Part shown: piece after piece, positions 40,401 through 52,951 of the stretch
Layout of the letters: each line of letters starts with the position of its first letter
Position numbering within the stretch: position 1 is the first letter of the stretch
NCBI GenBank assembly: GCA_040954595.2
Contig: CM082592.2
Location: forward strand, 7,861,677-7,925,676
Direction of reading: 5' to 3'
Origin: Balanoglossus misakiensis
Lineage: Eukaryota; Animalia; Hemichordata
Length of the DNA stretch: 64,000 nucleotides
The notes under the pieces: generated by a model
Databases searched by the model: none
What the model was told of the DNA's origin: nothing
The model's input: the letters and a program-made list of their open reading frames with translations, nothing else
Program-made: the position numbers and the translations under genes

Positions 40401-43400
40401 AACCTCAGACGAAACTTTGGCTCCGCAAAGGAATTATTTGGGAACGAACGCCACCCCTAGTCAGCCAGCGGAGAGAATGTGACATCCATGATGATGTCAC
40501 ATTTTCTATAATTTTTTTTCCAAACATGCATCTCCACCCATCATGTCGAAGGAATTAAGATAGAAAACAATAGTAACACCAACCACCAACTCCTTAGTTA
40601 TCCAGGCCATTTCACGGAATAGCTTTCAAACTTAGGTTTTATCAGTATACCGGGGCATGTTGTATGACGTAATTTGTTGTCATTCGTTCTTGTCGATAGA
40701 TTTATAACTGTAACAGTTGTTTTGCATATTACGTTTACATGACAGCTGAGAATGAACGTGTAAAGGATCAACGCTTTTATGCTTTCAGGAAACACAAAAT
40801 ACATGCATCCACTCGAAACAAAAAATAATCAATCATCGAAAGATTATAACTGTGCCCCTTTAATGCTTTACGTCCCTTTAATTCTTGGCTGTTGATTTTT
40901 TTTTTTTTTTACTTTCCATACACTCAGCGATATGCTGCTGAGAAATGGTACGGCCGTGGATGCCGCTGTTGCCGCTCTATTCTGCGTGGGGCTCTTGAAT
41001 GCACACAGCGCGGGCATCGGGGGCGGACACTTTATGACCGTGTACATCAAGCGGACAGGGTACGTGGAGGTGATCGACGCTAGGGAGACGGCCCCCGGTG
41101 CAGCCACTTACGACATGTACGTGGACGATCCAGACAAGTCGTGGGAGGGTGAGTAAGTTTGACCCCCTCCCCATGACCGATAATGGCATTAGTCTGACCC
41201 CTGTGACCAAGGCGATACTGTATACGGCACAGGTGGCACCGTGAAGTTATATAACTACATGAATATTAACTGCGGTACCACCTGTGATAAACAGTGCCGC
41301 ATACTCACGTTGTTCCTGCATACACACACGCATATAGGAAAGTTTATCCTATGAACCTGCATGTCCCTCTATCATGTATAACAACAACAACAAAACAACA
41401 ACAGCAACCTTTTCAACAACGACACTCAATGTCTCCTATGAGCAACCCAGCAGTCGTCTGCTGGGGTAAAGCCCAGTACACTGTATTGCAAATCAAAACA
41501 AGTTTTGTGAATTACCTCAGGCTGTCTGTATAGCTTTCCCTTCTTCTCACGCACGATCTAACACTAGTTGATTGGCTGAGCCACCGCACACACTGTGATT
41601 TTCAGCCACAGCACACACTGTGATTTAAAGACACGGCTCTCTTCTGCAGGTGGATTGGCCATAGCAGTTCCCGGGGAAGTCGAGGGCCTGTGGACGGCCT
41701 ACCAGCGATTTGGTCGTCTGAAATGGCACGAGCTGGTGCAACCCAGTATAGACCTGGCCGAGAACGGGTTCGTGGTTGGAGAGGCTTTGGCGAGTGCCAT
41801 TGAGAGTTATGAAGAGACGATACTGAACGATCCGCAATTGAGGTGGGAGCACAATTTGACTTCATAGGTACATGTGTTGAGTTCTGGCGCGTCTCTCATA
41901 TTTGTGTCTTCAGTCTTTTCCTGTTCTTCGTTGACCACTTTTCGACTGGTAAACACATGACAAGATGGCGTCAAAGAGGAATATATTAATCTCTAATTTA
42001 CATATACATAAATAAATATAAATAAATAAATAAATATTTAACGACCCCTGGAAACGACCCACTTTCAGTGAAATATTTGCACCAGACGGAACTATTCTTG
42101 AAGAAGGAGATACTTGCTACATGCCCAAACTGGGAAAGACGCTGCGTCTTATCGCTGAAGAGGGCGGTCTGGAGTTCTACACCGGAAAGCTGGCTGATGA
42201 AATCGTCAAGGACATCCAAGCAAGAGGTAAAAGTTGTAGTTTTATTGATAATCGCCAAGTACAAAGTACAGTATCGACGCTGAAGTAATGTAGTTATGAA
42301 TAACCCTCACTAGAACGTTGTTGGCCAAATAGCCATCATTCCAAACAGGTGCCAGCAGGTGTTTTGTCGGTTACGTTGTTGGTGGCAGACTCGAGAGCTC
42401 GGTGATTCCCACTCTCATTTGCTAATTTTGTAAACTTTAGAGGAAAGGTAATGCGATTTGTTGGGTTTAATTATTAAATCTGGATTTTTTTACATTACAG
42501 ATGGTATCATTACGTCAGAAGATCTCCAATTTTACAGATCAAAACGGAAAACACCTTTGTCAATGACAGTGCGAAACCTGACAATGTACTCACCGTCACC
42601 ACCGGCAAGTGGTGCAGTTATTTCATTCATTCTCAATATCTTAGAAGGTACGATTTAGATGCTGTTGTGATACTTTTTGAGTCTGTTTGCTGATTTTGTC
42701 ACCATTTTGGTCGCTTTGGCTCTGTTTGGCGGCCCCATGGTTCAAGGGCATTGCAGGCCATTCTTCAGGTGCATCGGAATCGAATTTTTCCGTATCTGAC
42801 TCAACCTGAGACAAAACAGTGCCAAAGAGGCAAATATAAAATGTACACCATTTCTTTATGATTCAATATGGCCGACTTGACTGGCAGCCAACTTTTTTTG
42901 TCATTACTCGGACATGCGCGCATAGATTTGTCGCTTTTATCCTTCTGCCTGGTGTAACCGACTTCCTCTATCGACGTGTTTTGCAGGTTACAATTTCACA
43001 CATGAAAGCATAGCAACAGAAGAGGAGTCTGTTCTCACGTATCATCGCATTACCGAGGCATTTAAACACGCTTTCGCTCACAGGTCGCACTTAGGGGATG
43101 AGGACTATGTTGATGTCTCAGATGTGAGTATGACGAAATTGAAATAAGCGACATTGCTATTATTTGGTTAATTCGTTTTGGATCACATACAATTTATCTC
43201 ACTCAGTCACTCACTCACTCAGTCACTCACTCACTCACTCACTCACTCACTGATGATCTTGAATTGCAGTTGGTCGACGACATGTTATCGAAAGAATACG
43301 GAGACTCCATACGACAAATGATAAATGACAGTACGACGTACGACGTGCCATATTACGGCACTTTTCTGGACAGCGGAACGGGCGATGGGGGGACCAGTCA

Positions 43401-44751
43401 CCTTTCGGTTGTGGACCAATACGGCAACGCCGTTTCTGTTACAAGTACTATCAACACCTAGTAAGTTCATACAATTATGCAAGTCTGTCTGGCGCTAGAA
43501 AGTTCACGAGGAACAAACTAATAATTGATAAAGGGATAGTGATACGAATTAAGTTTAAAGTCTACTGTGTTCGAGTCGGTACATTGTTTGGCAAGTGTGT
43601 CCTTATTTCTTAATACACCGAATCCCCATAGATAACAAGTACATGTACTCCCATCCCAACTTCGCTTCTTTTCTTCAGCTTTGGATCGAAGGTTGTTGGT
43701 GAAAGAACGGGCATTATATTCAACAACGAAATGGACGACTTTTCAACACCAAACCAGACAAACTTCTACGGTATACCGCCCTCGGAGGCCAATTATATCG
43801 AACCAGGAAAGCGTCCCCTATCCTCGATGAATCCGGTGATTTTTTTGAATGAGACAAATGACGCAGTGTTGGTGATTGGGGCGTCGGGCGGGACCAAGAT
43901 AACGACGTCGACAGCATTGGTATGTAGGCCTATACGATTCATGGTGATGCCGGCGGTGAATGATGTACTTGTTATCTTTCGAATTTCATGGGCGGGTTTC
44001 TGCATGGTACAAACAAGTCACCGGACGTGTATTTTCAAAACTAGTCCACCGCCAGACCTAGATCAGTCTCTTTGTGCCTAGATTGTTATTTTCTTTTTCC
44101 TGCACTGTCTATACCTGTCTGCCTGCCTGCAGCAACTCTATAAATCTATATTTTCTTCACGCAGTCTTCTATGAATATACTTTGGTTTGGGGATAATTTG
44201 GGAGACGGAATCATGCGACCTAGGATACACCACCAATTGTCGCCCAATGAAGTAGGATACGAGCCAGAGTTCAATGGGGTAAGATGTTATACACTCGTTT
44301 TCTCAGTCTAGTGTGTATCAAACTCTACCAGCGAAATTTGGACTTTCGGTGAATATTCAATGTTTAGCTAGCTGTCGTTGGTATGATATGTTTGTGTGTA
44401 TTTGACATCAACGTTGAAAATATTCTCCCACTTAGTAACTTTTTTGCTTGAAAAATTTATTTCAATTGCGAATGTGAGGCGCATACATTAATACAAGCGT
44501 GGGATTTTGCATAAAATGGGACTGCGAGCATTCGCCCACGTGCGCTCCTGTCAACAGTTTTTCTCCGTCTAAGTTTTTTTCTCTCCCGTTTCGGATCATT
44601 TCAGACAATTCTCGATGGTCTCCGTGAGAAGAACCACAACACGTCCGAGTACTCCAGAACATCGTCTGTCGTTCAGGGGGTGCAACTCGTCGAAGATGAA
44701 GTCCATGCTTATTCCGATGATCGCAAAGGGGGTCTCCCGGACGGATATTAG
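37406..44751 (+). CDS. GGT1: Gamma-glutamyltranspeptidase / glutathione hydrolase (GGT1-like), type II membrane protein, 11 exons, ~665 aa
   Basis: Exons 37406-37653, 39332-39532 (TM anchor, AAVASDAALCSQIG), 40928-41148 (AVDAAVAALFC..SAGIGGGHF..IDARETAP), 41650-41842 (GGLAIAVPGEV), 42069-42226, 42501-42647 (PPASG), 42987-43123, 43270-43460 (G-TSHLSVVD..GNAVSVTSTIN with the catalytic Thr), 43679-43919 (NNEMDDFS, PGKRPLSSM, GASGG), 44165-44278 (PRIHHQL), 44605-44751 (DRKGG.PDGY*). Phases are consistent. The exact paralog assignment is uncertain. Confidence 0.93.
38838..39029. mobile_element. Tc1/mariner-pogo (Tigger-like) MITE in GGT intron 1
   Basis: TIRs CAGTCAAACCTG / CAGGTTTGACTG, left flank TA and right flank TG. 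Contains a duplicated aaagtggccactatataga..ccactaacaca motif. Confidence 0.8.
39168..39311. mobile_element. 144-bp MITE with 17-bp perfect TIRs and a 9-bp target-site duplication
   Basis: GGCTTACACTAATTTGC ... GCAAATTAGTGTAAGCC, flanked by gcctatgct / gtctatgct (8 of 9 identical). Internal (gttcc/gtttc)n run. Confidence 0.8.
43199..43251. repeat. (CACT)n tetranucleotide microsatellite in GGT intron 7
   Basis: Read directly from the sequence; interrupted by cagt units. Confidence 0.9.
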
Positions 44752-46722
44752 ATACGAATTTAGGGGACGAACTGCGAGTTTGTGATGTAGGGATGGAATC
44801 GGATCCAAGAAGCCAAGACAAGATATTCTTGTTAAAAAAACAACAACGACGTTTTTGGTCTTGTTTTGCTTGGCTCAGTGTTAAAAATCCTTTTGTTTAG
44901 CCGTGGAAAGAAATATCATCTCCTTCTTTATATTTCACCAACGATTTTAATTTTTTTATTTCAGTTTTTTTTCCATCTAAAATCTACACCTCAATGTGTC
45001 CGAAATGATAATTACCGGTACAAACAGATTTTAAGAGGCATTTTTGTACAAGACAGGGTGAGCATGCGCACTGCTCAGACGACCTATCGTTTTTTTCCGC
45101 TGAAAGGTCGTAGATACGCGCAGGTAAATGAAATAGTATTCCACTGGTCTTTCTCAACTTCAACTAAATCGCCAAATTTCCTGAGCTGCCATTTAAAAAG
45201 ACGTTTCGGGTTTTCAAACAAAAACCTAAAGTGCACTGACTTTCTGAAAGCATCTAATAAAAGAAGACACGTTTTGATTTATAATATAGGTCTCACAAAA
45301 CGAATCCACGAAGATTCAAACGTGCGTATAGACTAGACTGCCATGTACCTTATCCAAATGAACTTTACCATGTTTTTTTGTGTGTCTTATGAAACTGGCA
45401 TTTTGTCTGAGTTGTAACTCGACAACATTTTCGTAAAAGCCAACCAGTCCAGGTATATGGGGAGTTGGTTCTAAGGCAAACTGGGGCATCATTGAACTCT
45501 TTACCGTAAACGTACTTTTTCAAATAATTCTCGACATTTGCGTGCGATAAATTCCCGTCCCAGAGGGACGCTGCTAACGCTGCCGATTTTGTCTGAATAT
45601 ATTACCTTAGGTGGTATCTTTTCGTAATGGTGCAATTTCAAGAAATCAGCATTGGTTCCTTCTCGTAAACATATACATGTTTACTTTTTCGTGTAAATGC
45701 ATTATTTCAATTTCAGAGGACTGTCTTAAACTGCAATTTTTGTTAATTTATTTTTCAAATCAAATTGTTTTTACTGAAATGGCGAATAAGGAAGAATAAA
45801 AGTGTTTTTAGAAAGACTGACATATTGCAATTCAGTGTGTATATCGATATGGCAACTTGCGCATCTGAAGAAAAACAATTGTCACTCCCGGAGATAGAGC
45901 CTCAAACGATGGTGGCGAACAAAAGCGAACAAAATTACTATATACCAAGTTGAATACATGTACCAAAGCAGCGACCGCGTACGTATCGTACCGCGCCTCG
46001 GCTGCAGTCTACCACTATGCACGCGAGTAAAATTGGTACAACGACTTTACATACAAGGTTGGCCACAAGGTGAAGGACTCCATACTCGTGCAAAGCAAAA
46101 TTTGCGCAAGAAATATATCAGCATTGCATATTCCCGGTAGGATATACATGTAACAGGGTTTTCAAGTCTTCTAATGACCACGTGGTGGCGCACTTCTGTT
46201 CACATGGCGAAAGTGGTGATAATTGAGGGACTGTGCTTGGCTCTCCAGTTTCCATGGTGACGGTGGCTAAATCTGCACAGGTGAGAAAACCGTCTCAGGA
46301 AAACCGAACCCAGAAGCACTTAAACTCTTCAAGTCTCGGGGTTCACATTGAAGAGAATCATCGCTCTCATTGTGTGAAGACGTCATCGAATACGGATCCA
46401 GAATTCATAAAGTGTACCCTTCATGTTTATTGAAATCAGTTTACAAGAAGGATACAACTCCAAGATTTGTTAAAAACAAGACTGTAAAGAACTTGATCAA
46501 TAGATTCTGGAATGTACTGAATTGCATGAACCACTATCCACCCCTTGTAGGATATATACACCTGAATTTTACAAGGCAATAACATCATTTAAAGAATCCA
46601 TTGATAACATTACTGGCCACAAATACGTCCATTTTGATGATGTTCTTGAGCTAGACATTTTACTGTCCGTGAATTAATATTATATAATTTCAGGACAGAA
46701 TAGCATGACGTCATCCACCCAG

Positions 46723-46808
46723 CCACCCCCATTTTTCTATGTACAGGTCCAATTTTTATCCTAGAAAACAATGGATTTGGACCAAACCACTGTGCAGGGA
46801 AGGGGTTA
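46723..46808. mobile_element. TTAA-CCC (piggyBac-like) MITE remnant abutting the VKOR stop codon
   Basis: Ends aagggg|ttaa and shares its core with 8856-8945. Confidence 0.5.
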
Positions 46809-48014
46809 AAGAGTCTTCTTCTCGACTCCACTGTTGACTGCCCGTCTGTGGAATACATTGAGGACCAGTAGCAATGCGTTGACCACGTACGTCGAAAGGC
46901 ACACCAGACAGGCATCGTTCAGAATGAAGTACAGGATATAACCCAGGTACACGGAACCAAGGTTTGCCAAGACTGCTGTCAGCAGCAGAACTAACGAGGC
47001 AGTCTCATTGGTTGATTGTCCTGTTGGAGGAGACCAGCAGCAGGCAAATAAACTTTAACAGGTCAAAGTTCAAGTCCACTCTATGATACTCGCAAAGAGT
47101 GACATGATTGCCATGAAGGGTCTGCGTAATATCCTAGAAATGTTTTGTATCTTCCAATATACATTTTACGCTGACTGCAGCATAAAATAACTGCAGTGAC
47201 AGAATCTCTTCATTACAACATACATGTACTACTTCACATCTTTCAAAAGCACACATCATACTCACCTAAGAAAAATTGCATGATATAAAATACAAGCCCA
47301 TATATACTGTTTGGGACATTTAATATACTGTCTTTACCCAACAGTGGTTCAACCAGACCGAATCCTCTACCATATCTGTATGTGGGGAAAATGAAAAGTC
47401 TGAATTAAAAGTGTTATGGCTTCCAATTTTGCCAAATTTAACAAAAATTGTCTGCACTCCTTACCAGTTACTGAAATTCATTCACATTTTACCATAGGAG
47501 TGAGTTAATTACAATGTAGGTCACCTACCAAAGACTGCAAACTATATCAGCGCTATTAACACCAAGTTGTGGTGTCTAGGTCAAAGGTTACCTTTACCTA
47601 TGTACATAACCCAATTATGTGTATCAGCCTAGATGATGATTGGATGAACGGACAGACGATGGTGGATCTGATAAGCTAGATCCAAGACACATTGCTAACA
47701 GCGGAGCTAACAATGGGAATATTCATTTCAAGTGACCCTAGGGGACATGGTCACAAGGTCAATATGTGAGGCTACTCTCGCCATTGTACTGTAGGGCTAC
47801 GACAGCTTTTAATGTCTGTCACTTACTTTGAAGTAAAAACTTTGGAACAGCTCACCGCCTCGGAAACGTCGCACATCGCCGAGTAGTCAGAATCGCTTTC
47901 CTTTGCTGTTTCGACATACAGAGCATACGACGACAGCGCTAAACCTGCAACACATAGTAACGTTCTCATGACTTTCTGACATGTTGAAACTTTCATTCTG
48001 CTGGACGTCGCCAT
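46806..48014 (-). CDS. VKORC1: Vitamin K epoxide reductase (VKORC1/VKORC1L1 family), copy 1, 3 exons, 170 aa
   Basis: Exons 47827-48014 (…LSSYALYVE…[18 protein letters not shown]), 47266-47375 ([30 protein letters not shown]), 46806-47020 (…[27 protein letters not shown]…VEKKTL*). Loop Cys pair, active-site CxxC and C-terminal KKxx ER-retrieval signal are all present. Confidence 0.95.
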
Positions 48015-48196
48015 CTTTGATGGCGCAGTGCAGTGTGGGTGCGCCAGCTCAGATCTAGATTGGGGCAGGGAACCAGACTACTTACAGGCATTTATATATG
48101 GACTCACATTAGCATATTAACCCTCACACGTGTGTACAGCCAACGCCAAGAAAACATTTCTGTCCTAATTCGCTACGCTCAAAAGAACAGAAATTA

Positions 48197-49051
48197 CTAT
48201 TTCCATCGAGTAACCGTAGGTATTAGCATATCGAAGCTTTGGATATGTGACATCAATCAGTGGGCGGAGCTCAAATGCAAATATAGCATACGACATTTTC
48301 CACTGTATTTAAACAAGAAACAGATTCCTATAATGACTTTCAGTGATTGTTCTTCGATATCAAATGACGTCAGACACGCCCAGGCGCAGTTACGTTGACA
48401 TTTAAATTTCCAGATGGTGGGCAACTTTAGCAACAATCATGCGGTTCTTAAGTAAAAAAATACTCGGAAAAACTTTTACTGGATGCCGAAATATTGCTTG
48501 CCCGTCACCTGGAAATGACAACGCCGTGGGTCACATTGCCATATCACGTGATTGATAGTAAGGAATGGAGCAAATTAGATATTTTTCAACAACATAAATT
48601 GCAACTTGCAGCGTCATCCACTATTTCCATCGAGTAACCGTAGGTATTAGCATATGGAAGCTTTTAATATGTGACGTCAATCAGTGGGCGGAGCTCAAAT
48701 GCAAATATAGCGTACCATTTATAGTAGACTGAGTCCCATTTCTATTTCCATCGAGTAACCGTAGGTATTAGCATATGGAAGCTTTTAATATGTGACGTCA
48801 ATCAGTGGGCGGAGCTCAAATGCAAATATAGCGTACCATCTATAGTAGACTGAGTTCCATTACTATTTCCATCGAGTAACCGTAGGTATTAGCATATGGA
48901 AGCTTTTAATATGTGACGTCAATCAGTGGGCGGAGCTCAAATGCAAATATAGCGTACCAGTAGACTGAGTCCCATTTCTATTTCCATCGAGTAACCGTAG
49001 GTATTAGCATATCGAAGCTTTTAATATGTGACGTCAATCAGTGGGCGGAGC
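48197..49051. repeat. Promoter-module repeat: one dispersed copy (48197) plus a tandem array of 121-bp units (48621, 48742, 48863, 48978)
   Basis: Unit ctatttccatcgagtaaccgtaggtATTAGCATat.gaagctt..atatgTGACGTCAatcagtGGGCGGAGctcaaATGCAAATatagc... Periods are 121, 121 and 115 bp; the last copy is truncated at 49051. Confidence 0.95.
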
Positions 49052-49122
49052 ATTTCAGCGTTGAAATCAACAACGTCGGGGAAATTGACATTTTCAGCGT
49101 AGGGGCTGTATATCCGATTAAC

Positions 49123-50147
49123 ATGGAGGGTTTAACGTCGGCATCTGATGGACTAATCGGGGGCTTCGAGCACGCGTTGGCGTGCGTCCTCGGCTTGCTT
49201 CTGTCGGCGTACGCGCTGAAAGTAGAGATAAGCAAAGCACGCGACAAGAACTACGTCGCTGTGTGCGATTTCAGTGATCGTATGAGTTGCACCAAGGCCT
49301 TCATGTCGCCGTAAGTACATTCTCCACAGCCTTTGTGTGCATGCGAATCTTTGAGGAGTATATCGTCATCAACTTCAAACACATCCATTTTCCATACCAA
49401 AGAGGCACTCGTTTAACGATTTATATCTTCCCAAGCTTTGCTGGCAACAGATGCACGCGTACTTATATTGTCATTAATGCATCGTTACCAAGGTAACCGA
49501 ACATTAACCTCTGCCACCGCACACACGCTGTCGTCCGGTGTGCAATAAAAGAGTCAAATGGGACTAAATGAATTTGGAACGAAAATACTGGTTTGTGTAA
49601 TTTCTTGCTCTGATGATCGCCTGACTGTTCTAACTGCATGATCCGATTCGACGAATCGAGCGACCGAGCCTAAGTTACCTTTGCTCTTTGTATTACAGTT
49701 ACGGCAAAGGCTTTGGTATCGTTGGACCACTGCTTGGCGACGATCACTTCTTGAACTTCCCAAACCCCGTCCTCGGAATTGTCTTCTATATACTTCAGCT
49801 GATCATAGGTAAATTTGCTTAGTAACTTGGGGGGAGAGAGGGGAGGGAATTTGATGTGTATGCGTGACAGTTATTTTATGCGTTTTCATAGAATAATATA
49901 ATGAACGGAAAGAAGATATTTTCAAATCGTAAACCTTGTATGTTTATTTTCTCTCTCCAAAGGCCAATGGTTCTACACGAGCGCTTTCCTCGTCAACTTC
50001 TTGTTTTTCACTTCCATCGTGTCGTGCATCGGTTCTCTATACCTGGCCTACATCCTGTACTTCGTCTTGAATGATTTCTGCGTGGTTTGCATATCTACCT
50101 ACATCGTCAACTTCGCTCTTTGTTACCTCAACTACATTAACGTATAA
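49123..50147 (+). CDS. Vitamin K epoxide reductase family, copy 2 (divergent paralog), 3 exons, 160 aa
   Basis: Exons 49123-49310 (…LSAYALKVE…[18 protein letters not shown]), 49699-49808 ([30 protein letters not shown]), 49963-50147 (…[38 protein letters not shown]). Intron positions and the 188/110-nt exon sizes match copy 1. All four catalytic Cys are intact. Confidence 0.93.
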
Positions 50148-52900
50148 ATTTGAACGCAAAATGGCGTCTTTTCATTATTTCTCATTGCCTAGCCACGATA
50201 CAAGTACATGCAAATGTACCTATATCTACGATGGAGATTAAATATAGGAACATTATGGGGAGATATTTGGTCCTGTTTGATCCTATTAATTTATTTTTGC
50301 AGTATTAACACCGTCGTGTACTTAAAACTTTAATGTAAAATTATGGATAATGATCAAATAAAGTCGACATGTCACGTGTTGATTAAGATTTTCTGGTAAC
50401 TTTCAATTGAAATAAATAGAGCAAATAACCAGATCATATTTTTTTAAATAGAAAAATGATTATGATAGTTTGGAAAATCTGGTCGTTAGCCATAATACAA
50501 TACCAACATCGCAGGCTCGAGTCAGCGAAAGCTTCGTCGAGATCCACTTAAATTGAAAGACCGTGTGAACGTAACAATCATGAAACATATGTTTGCAAAT
50601 TTGATCGAATCCCTCCCAGCTAATTTAATATTCGAGGACTGGTTACACATTCAAATTCTAAATGTGACAACCATGGGCGTAATCGGGCATTACTTCAGTT
50701 CTGGGCGGGCATCTCATCAGGTTTCCTGTACTAGTATTTTATCCGTTTCATAGAAAAGGTACGGGAGACGTACCCAGACGACTGACGAACGCAGTCAATT
50801 CCTAAACCATAGAGGGCGCTGTGCACGAACGAAAGGAAAGCTTTTACGCACCAAACGATAAATAATAATGTTTTATGGAAAATATTGTTTTTATTCATTC
50901 ATGTCAGTATTTAGAATCAAACTCACTACAGCAGTCCTTGTCTTGGCAGAAAGGAAAATGTGCAAATAAATAAGAAAAGGGGAAAAAATCAGATTTTATC
51001 AAACTGAGGAAATAACACGGACCAAATATATACACATACAGTTCAGTAACAGAAAAGTTGATAGTAAAAAAACATTTAAAAAAAAGCATACTCTATATAA
51101 TTCGGCAAAGAAGAACAGGGTATAGCTACCTGTGCATGTTACATGGCAAAGATGCAAATACCAAGGCCCTGTACCATGAATGTGTAAGTGAAAACTTGTT
51201 AACTCTCATCCAATCGGATGGCCTGTCTCTTTTCGTTTCTGGCAGTGAGCCGAGTAGCGAGCAAAATAATATTTACATACTTAAAACCTCAAAGACTGAA
51301 ATTGTTTAAATGGTGTGTATGAAAGATAAAGATGCCAGGGTTCAAGCATTTAACCTTTGAACCCTAACCCCCTGGTGACCTATGACATCTTGTGTCTTCA
51401 GCTGCTGAATCTCGTATGAGACGGGATATGTGCGTGTTACGTCTATGAATCTGCCAGCCATGATGCAGTGACTCTGTGTCAAAAATGATGCATTGGCTAA
51501 ATGTATCTTACGGAACCTTGAGGATACACGCCCCCTACACTCAGCGAGGGACAAATTCTACGATTGTGCAAGAAACAAAAATAATCCTGACAAACTACAT
51601 CACAAAAACAGACCATAGGGACCAACAAAATCTGGTCACGGATACATTTGCATAAGCAATGTAACCTCTTAAAGTTGCTAACAGTGAATTATACCTTGAT
51701 GCTCCATAAGTTTGTAGATATCCAATGAACAACCAGCACCAATATTGAATTTACGCAGGATCTACGAGTGGTTGACATGTATCATGGTTTACATTAGCTG
51801 GCTCGCACATAGCCAACACAAATTTGCAAACAAGCATCAAGAAACAACGAATCACTTCAAGGCTGGCATGTGCATTCAAATCAATAACATTCACACAAGT
51901 GTGAAGTGTGAACCAGGTTAAAAAACAAAACTGACTTTCGGTCTGTGAAGTAAAACTGATAAATGAACATATACTACAGACACTAATAACAGACATAAGA
52001 CGCATCACCGTAGAAATTCCTACCCTGAAAGGTCTTGGCAAGATACAAGCAACATGAAAACAGAACTACAACGCACCACCCCTTTGTAACTGCCTCAAAC
52101 TGGATTCACCCCACTGCTTTCAACGACACGGGCGAATCCATTGACAGAGAAGTAGGGGTGGGAGCGTCGTTGGAAGTGTAAAGAACAAGGATTTCACTAC
52201 GGATATACCAATAACAGTTTGTAAGTATTGCTTCATTAAATTCTATCAAAAAAACTTTGGGAAATTCTTTCAATCCACCGTTCTGTAAGAACACACACCT
52301 CTGTCAGCGGCTATCTCAGGCGTAATGTTATTTCAGTGAATTGGATACAAAGCACAAAAGAATCTAAAAAAATCAAACGAAGAGTACCTCTGTGCAAGCA
52401 ATGATGAAAGACAATAGGAGAGGGTTTGTCTCCATAACAACGAAAGACACACAGTGTGATAAAACCTAAAACTTGCATGTCTCATTGAAAAACGATTTTA
52501 ACCAAAACAACAACAAACTTTTGAGAAGCCTATGTTTGTGATAGAATTCATGGTGGTAAATACTGAATGTTGCTTGGTTTCATTTGAACTGGATTCATTG
52601 TGAAATTATTTTTCTAAGATTTCCGTTTTTAATATCCCCCTAAGTTTTCATTTCTTTTCAAGTGCATTTAAACAAGCGGTGCATCGGGTGTCTTCATTGT
52701 AAGAAGGTGCATTTTCATGACTAGTGATACAAACAGACATGTTTCAGTGACATCCTCCATTATGGAATGATAGAATTTTTGTCTGAATTAAAAGAAATGA
52801 TAGAATTTTTGTCTTAATTAAAAAAAATTAATAATAAATTACATAAAATGAGTATACTCTCATCTTCTTTCTTGTTCAGTCTGGCATGTTGTTCTGAACA

Positions 52901-52951
52901 TACTGTAAAACGGGTTATTTACCGCTTGCAAAAATAACCCGTTTTACAGTA
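52901..52951. mobile_element. 51-bp hairpin; likely a collapsed TA-flanked DNA-transposon TIR pair
   Basis: tactgtaaaacgggttattt - 11-nt spacer - aaataacccgttttacagta (20-bp perfect arms including the terminal TA). Confidence 0.6.

Noticed and set aside
44866-45336. 156-aa ORF downstream of GGT
   Set aside because: Non-ATG start, no recognisable domain and AT-rich composition; probably 3'UTR or repeat sequence.
48197-49051. CRISPR array or snRNA gene cluster interpretation of the 121-bp repeats
   Set aside because: The context is eukaryotic and the units are identical along their length with no unique spacers. No recognisable snRNA body, Sm site or Pol III terminator follows the octamers.
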